Below, in pieces: positions 59,559 to 64,000 of a stretch of DNA of 64,000 nucleotides. Location of the stretch: positions 352,001 to 416,000 of the forward strand of contig CAVVHE010000009.1 in the NCBI GenBank assembly GCA_963748015.1. Direction: 5' to 3'. The notes under the pieces are model-generated. The model was not told the origin of the DNA and made no database searches. It saw nothing but the letters and a program-made list of their open reading frames with translations. The number at the start of each line of letters is the position of its first letter. Within the stretch, counting starts at the first letter, position 1. Origin of the DNA: Terriglobia bacterium (GTDB taxonomy: Bacteria > Acidobacteriota > Polarisedimenticolia > Polarisedimenticolales > JAIQFR01). Position numbers and translations under genes: made by a program.

Positions 59559-59900
59559 TCAGCCGATCAGCCGCCCGATGACTTCCGCCAGCGCGCGCCA
59601 CTCCGCGGCGAGCTCCCGCTCGAGCGCTTCCCCCTGCGGGCTGATCCGGTAGTACCGGCGCGGCCGCCCGTCCTCGACCCGCCACCGGCTTCGCAGGAGT
59701 CCCTGGGCTTCCAGCCGGCGCAGCAGGGGGTAGAGCGTCCCCTCGTCGATCTCGAGGCCCTTGTCCACGAGGAGCTTCTTGAGCGAGTAGCCGTACTCCT
59801 CGCCGTGGAGCTGGGTCAGGACCGCCAGCACCAGCGCTCCTCGCCGCAGCTCCAGCGACAGGCTGTCTCGAGTCGAAGACTGTGTCCTACCTATTACCAT
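59559..59900 (-). CDS. PadR-family transcriptional regulator
   Basis: ELRRG...YGY...GTLYPLLRRLE...RRYY. Confidence 0.9.
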   Translation of the reverse strand: MVIGRTQSSTRDSLSLELRRGALVLAVLTQLHGEEYGYSLKKLLVDKGLEIDEGTLYPLLRRLEAQGLLRSRWRVEDGRPRRYYRISPQGEALERELAAEWRALAEVIGRLIG

Positions 59901-59907
59901 GTCTCAT

Positions 59908-59936
59908 ACTATATTGTGTACTGCATGGTATGTCAA
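59908..59936 (-). promoter_or_regulatory. sigma70 promoter, probably leaderless, for padR
   Basis: TTGACA-17-TATAGT, 7 nt before the ATG. Confidence 0.7.
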
Positions 59937-60063
59937 GAAAAAGAACGACCCGGGCGGAGCGACGAAGCACGGATCGGGGGAGCCGGAGGGCCGGAAGGGC
60001 GTCATGCGGCCCGGGACGGCGCGCGCGGAGCGCGCCGACTCGAGCCGACCGTTTCCGGGGAGA

Positions 60064-61620
60064 CTAGGGAGACGTCACGCGAAGGTCGTACGACCCGTAG
60101 ATGCCGTGGTCGGAGGCGTGCTTCGAGCGGACGTAGAAGACCCCCGCCCGCGGCGCGGTCCAGACGATCCGCGAAGAGGGATCGCCGGTCGCGCGGTCAT
60201 CGTTCGAGGCGAGCACCGTGGTTCCGTTGGTGTCGAGGATCTCCAGGTAGGTATTGGCGTCCGACAGAAGATTGAGCGTCTCGACCGTGTACGAGGCGCT
60301 CGCGGTGGCCTGAAGGCTGAAGAGGTCGAGGTCGGCCTCTCCCTTGTGATTCCCGTCCGGATCGTAGAAGTAGGTCAGGTGAAGGGAGTTGCCGTTGACG
60401 GTCAGCGGCGTGGCCAGGGCGACCGTGTTGCTCGGCTCGAAGGCGTCCGGCCAGAACTCGATCGCGTAAAGGCCGAAGATGTCCTTCATCTCGAGGAAGT
60501 AGCCGTTCGAGATCGTCGGGTCGAACCACCCGTCCCAGAACGACTCGTCGGTCACGTACGTCGCGCTCTTGATCGGCCCGGTGTACACCTGCCACACCTC
60601 GGCATCCGGGAGCGCGAGCCGGTCCTGCGAGTCTTCGACGCCGGGAGTCGAGTCGGTGGTAGCGGCGGAGTCGCAGATGTCCCAGATCGTCCGCGAGACC
60701 GAGACCTCGCTGGTGTCCCCGGTGCACGGGTACTCGGTCGCGTCCTCGACGTTGTACCCGTTCAGCGCGTGCCCGGGCCCGGAGGCGCCGTCGGTCCGCA
60801 CGTAGATGTTCGAGAGAGGCATCCCGAAGTACCGGCGCACCGACAGCCCGAACGAGGTCGCGCGCCCCTCGTCGAAGGACAGGCGGAGATCCTCGTTGCA
60901 GTCGGAGAGATAATGGGTCCCGCCGGCGCTGCTGCTCTTCGAGTAGTTGTTCATCACGTAGTGCGCCCACTCGTGCAGGATGACCGCGTCGTCGTAGCCC
61001 CCGTTGTCGCGCAGCGTCGTGGTGCTCCCCGAGGTCCCGGAGACGGTGACCCCGCCGTTGGACTGCCACTTGATCGTGTAGGCCTGCGAAGGGCGGGAGC
61101 CCTTGACCGCCTTGACGTAGTCCGCGCCGAAGACCGCCAGGTCGAAGACGTTGAAGGCTTCCCCGCCGTTACCGACCGTCGCCACCATGGTCCCGAAGCT
61201 CACGCTGGTGTTGGGGTTGTGATTCGTCACGTCCGGAGAGCTGCCCGCGTAGTACGACCCTCCCTGATTGACGGTCTTGACGAAGAGGTCAAAGGTCGAA
61301 GTGGTGCGGGTGTACACCCTCACCCTCACGGTACGGATGCTCGAATCGGTGACGGCTACGCTGAACGCGCCGTTGGCGTCGGTCTTTCCCTTCGCGAGGA
61401 GGGCCTTCGTGCCGCTCTTGTTCGGGTCGAGCACCTCGACGTCGGCGTACCGGATCGGCTTCTCGGAGACGACCCCGGAGAAACCGGTCGCGTCCTGCTC
61501 GCGGTCCTGGTACTTGAAAACGCCCGACGCGGTCCAGTTCGCCCACGCGGGCAGCGAGGCGGCGAGAGCGAGTAGGCAGAGGGCCGTCCCTCGCAGGAGT
61601 CCCGAGATGGGGCGGCTCAT
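60064..61620 (-). CDS. Secreted zinc metallopeptidase with C-terminal PPC-like domain
   Basis: Signal peptide; ILHEWAH with downstream FDEG; DTNGTTVLASNDD...GVFYVR PPC-type domain. Confidence 0.75.
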   Translation of the reverse strand: MSRPISGLLRGTALCLLALAASLPAWANWTASGVFKYQDREQDATGFSGVVSEKPIRYADVEVLDPNKSGTKALLAKGKTDANGAFSVAVTDSSIRTVRVRVYTRTTSTFDLFVKTVNQGGSYYAGSSPDVTNHNPNTSVSFGTMVATVGNGGEAFNVFDLAVFGADYVKAVKGSRPSQAYTIKWQSNGGVTVSGTSGSTTTLRDNGGYDDAVILHEWAHYVMNNYSKSSSAGGTHYLSDCNEDLRLSFDEGRATSFGLSVRRYFGMPLSNIYVRTDGASGPGHALNGYNVEDATEYPCTGDTSEVSVSRTIWDICDSAATTDSTPGVEDSQDRLALPDAEVWQVYTGPIKSATYVTDESFWDGWFDPTISNGYFLEMKDIFGLYAIEFWPDAFEPSNTVALATPLTVNGNSLHLTYFYDPDGNHKGEADLDLFSLQATASASYTVETLNLLSDANTYLEILDTNGTTVLASNDDRATGDPSSRIVWTAPRAGVFYVRSKHASDHGIYGSYDLRVTSP

Positions 61621-62189
61621 GGCCGCACCTCCAACCGGAAGTTCACGACGGTGCCGTCGTCCACGGGTTGCGGACGAGTCACCCCGAGTGGCGCGGTCAC
61701 GACGATCTCCCCGCGGAGCGCGCCACCGGGGCCGTTCGCGGAGACCTCGACGACGATCTCGTGAAGGCCGGCCCGCTCGAGCGGCACCCTGAGCACGGCT
61801 CGGGCGCCCTCCCGGGCGCCGAGCGACGGGACGCCGGCATCGAGCTCGGCGGCCGCGCCCTCGCCGACACGGGACCACACGGGGCGCCCGGCATCGAAGG
61901 GGCGCGAAGCGACCGTCCACGGCGTGCCGTCGGGATGGAGCACGCGGATGCTCAGATCGGAGGCGGGCACCCGTGTCTGCACGACCACCTCGAGGTGCGC
62001 CTCCCCGGTCATTGCTGCTCCGTGGGAGGAATTCGAGGGAGAGGTGTCGATCAGCCGCGCCTGGACCTCGAGGTCGGAAAGGGCCTCGGTCGCGAGCGCC
62101 TGCGGCGCCAGCACCAACGCTACTGCGGGTAACACCAGGAGCACTGGCCATGCTGAGATCCCGCCGGGCCGCCGGGTACTTCGCGTCAT
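61617..62189 (-). CDS. Secreted hypothetical protein coupled to the peptidase
   Basis: GGAGG RBS, signal peptide, ATGA overlap with the peptidase. Confidence 0.65.
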   Translation of the reverse strand: MTRSTRRPGGISAWPVLLVLPAVALVLAPQALATEALSDLEVQARLIDTSPSNSSHGAAMTGEAHLEVVVQTRVPASDLSIRVLHPDGTPWTVASRPFDAGRPVWSRVGEGAAAELDAGVPSLGAREGARAVLRVPLERAGLHEIVVEVSANGPGGALRGEIVVTAPLGVTRPQPVDDGTVVNFRLEVRP

Positions 62190-62433
62190 GAATGGGTCCT
62201 CCCCTCGTCGGTGGCACGAGACCATGAACGGTTCCTGGGGGGTAGGTACGGCTTGCGCGGGGTCGAGTCAAGGCCTTTTCGGATCAAAGTTGTCGATTTT
62301 GTGTCCGGCATCACAACGACGCCACGTTTCGATGGCACACCCATAACGCGGCGCCGGCGGGCGGACCGGCGCCTAGTGGGCCAATCGCCTATACTGCGAC
62401 GCTTCGTCCCCTTTACTCGGAGGAGCGCCCGGC

Positions 62434-62922
62434 ATGGTCATCGGCAAGGACAAGGTGGTCTCGCTTCACTACACCCTCACCGGCTCGGACGGAGAGGTCA
62501 TCGACAGGTCCGAGGAAGGCGAGCCGTTCGACTATCTTCACGGGGCGGAAAACATCGTGCCTGGACTCGAGCGCGCCCTCGAGGGCCGCGGGCCCGGCGA
62601 CGAGCTCCGGGTCGCGGTCGCGGCGGAGGACGGCTACGGCGAGCGCGACGAGGAGATGCTCCTCGTGGTCCAGCGGGAGCGGTTCGAGGCCGCCGGCCCG
62701 CTCGAGACCGGCATGCGCTTCCAGGCCGATACTCCCGCCGGGGCGCGGGTCTTCACCATCACCGGCATCGAGGGCGACGAGGTCACGATCGACGGCAACC
62801 ATCCGCTCGCCGGCGAGACCCTGAACTTCGACGTGAGGGTGGTGGGGGTTCGCGACGCGACCGCGGAGGAGCTGGAGCACGGCCACCCGCACGGTCCGGA
62901 CGGCCACCATCATCACGGATAG
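62434..62922 (+). CDS. slyD: FKBP-type peptidyl-prolyl isomerase with His-rich tail
   Basis: VSLHYTL, YLHGAENIVPGLE, DGNHPLAGETLNF, EELEHGHPHG...HHHHG. Confidence 0.92.
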   Translation: MVIGKDKVVSLHYTLTGSDGEVIDRSEEGEPFDYLHGAENIVPGLERALEGRGPGDELRVAVAAEDGYGERDEEMLLVVQRERFEAAGPLETGMRFQADTPAGARVFTITGIEGDEVTIDGNHPLAGETLNFDVRVVGVRDATAEELEHGHPHGPDGHHHHG

Positions 62923-63100
62923 CCCGCATTATTCACGAAGGTCCGTCGCGAGACCGCGGAGATGGCCGTCCTACCGGGCGCGCGGAGGCCCGAGGACCCG
63001 AAGGCATGCTTGCGGCATGTCGAGGGTCCGAGGGCCGAGCACGCACGGAGGGACGGCCAGATACGCGGTCGCAGCAGGAGCTTCGTGAATAATGCGGGCT
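62921..63100. mobile_element. 180-bp MITE-like element
   Basis: Perfect 20-bp terminal inverted repeats AGCCCGCATTATTCACGAAG/CTTCGTGAATAATGCGGGCT; nested internal complementarity; no coding capacity. Confidence 0.7.
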
Positions 63101-63165
63101 GGGGCGCCGCGGAAACCGCGGGCCGGCCGCCGACGTACCATCCGTGACACCGAGAGGAGGAGCGG

Positions 63166-63444
63166 ATGGGACTGATCAACTGGATCTTCGACTTCTACCA
63201 GCAGTACCGGATCGACCAGCTCCAGAAGGAGACCGCGCAAACCCAGGCCGCGGTCCGCACGCCCTCCGGCGGCGTCGACGCCGAGAAGCTGGAGCGGGCG
63301 ATCGGCGAGCTGGCGCTCGCGGTGAAGACGATCCAGCGGGTCGTCGTCGAGAAGGGCATCTGCACGCCCGACGAGCTCCACGCCAAGCTGCGGCAGATCG
63401 ACCTCGAGGACGGCCGGGAGGACGGGCGCTCGCCCGTCCCGTGA
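63166..63444 (+). CDS. Small conserved-looking hypothetical protein
   Basis: GAGGAG RBS; ends EKGI...IDLEDGREDG. Confidence 0.7.
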   Translation: MGLINWIFDFYQQYRIDQLQKETAQTQAAVRTPSGGVDAEKLERAIGELALAVKTIQRVVVEKGICTPDELHAKLRQIDLEDGREDGRSPVP

Positions 63445-63565
63445 GGACCCGGCGTCCGCCTCGCGCTTTGGTCTTCCGGGGCCGGATGGGGTAATCTGGT
63501 CGCCTGAGCATGGGATCGCGGAACGGCGTCGAGGGGGCGCACGCGCCGCGCACGGAGCCGCCGTC

Positions 63566-63904
63566 ATGAGCATGAAGAGAATCGCATCGCTGCTCGTCGT
63601 GTTCGCCGCCGCATCTTCGCTGGTCATGGCCGGCGAGGTCTACGGGAAAGTCCTCGAAGGCGCCGCCTCGGTGGGCGACGGGGCCACGGTCGAGGCGAAG
63701 TGCGGGGCCAAGGCCTATCCCGCGGTCAAGACCGACAAGGCCGGCACGTACCACCTCGTCCTGGCCGAGACCGGGAAGTGCACGATGACCGTCAAGTACA
63801 AGGGACAGGCCGCGAGCCTCGAGATCGCCTCCTACGACGACGCGGTCCAGTACGATCTCGTGGTGGAAGCGAAGGACGGGAAGCTCGCCGTCCGCCGGAA
63901 ATAG
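63566..63904 (+). CDS. Small secreted beta-sandwich hypothetical protein
   Basis: Signal peptide; TDKAGTY motif; two Cys. Confidence 0.7.
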   Translation: MSMKRIASLLVVFAAASSLVMAGEVYGKVLEGAASVGDGATVEAKCGAKAYPAVKTDKAGTYHLVLAETGKCTMTVKYKGQAASLEIASYDDAVQYDLVVEAKDGKLAVRRK

Positions 63905-63920
63905 GGCTCGGGGCGACGGG

Positions 63921-64000
63921 ATGTCCGCTTCGGGGCCGAAGGACTTCTGGGACAAGGTGGCGATCGTCGTGCACCCGCTCGGCGGACTCCTCATCGGGGT
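63921..64000 (+). CDS. 5' fragment of a membrane-anchored protein
   Basis: MSASGPKDFWDKVAIVVHPLGGLLIG runs off the window edge. Confidence 0.45.
   Translation, partial: MSASGPKDFWDKVAIVVHPLGGLLIG

Noticed and set aside
222..63994. Numerous long Arg/Pro/Gly-rich antisense and alternate-frame ORFs in the track
   Set aside because: Expected shadow ORFs in GC-rich DNA; they overlap well-supported genes and lack motifs.
1..64000. tRNA/rRNA genes, integrase or transposase
   Set aside because: None recognised by eye; island borders show no attachment-site duplication that I could identify.

Overview
GC-rich bacterial window; the gene repertoire suggests an Acidobacteriota-like anaerobe (inference only). 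It has four blocks. (1) An anaerobic aromatic-degradation system in two minus-strand operons about 23 kb apart. Operon 1 is hcrB-like, fused hcrC-hcrA, tetR, xdhC, oah, SDR and thiolase (1-8058). Operon 2 is bcrCBAD (ATP-dependent class I benzoyl-CoA reductase), a GNAT and glutaryl-CoA dehydrogenase (25305-31502). Both promoters carry the same 18-bp palindromic operator in the same position. (2) Between these operons lie an MNT-HEPN toxin-antitoxin pair and a surface-protein island: Ser/Thr kinase, GAF-sigma54 activator, sigma54 promoter, giant repeat adhesin and DUF1566 protein. (3) An M36 peptidase, DUF4388 protein, TamB-Omp85 fusion, SelO-like protein and TMTC-like glycosyltransferase. (4) A group 3b [NiFe]-hydrogenase embedded in a sigma54/two-component signalling operon, followed by padR, a secreted metalloprotease and slyD. 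The main non-coding signals are a two-copy structured element whose conserved, covarying core is enclosed by unrelated perfect inverted arms (757-919 and 51790-51958), and a separate 180-bp MITE-like element (62921-63100). Five single-base frame anomalies are probably assembly errors. All assignments come from motif recognition by eye; no database searches were run.
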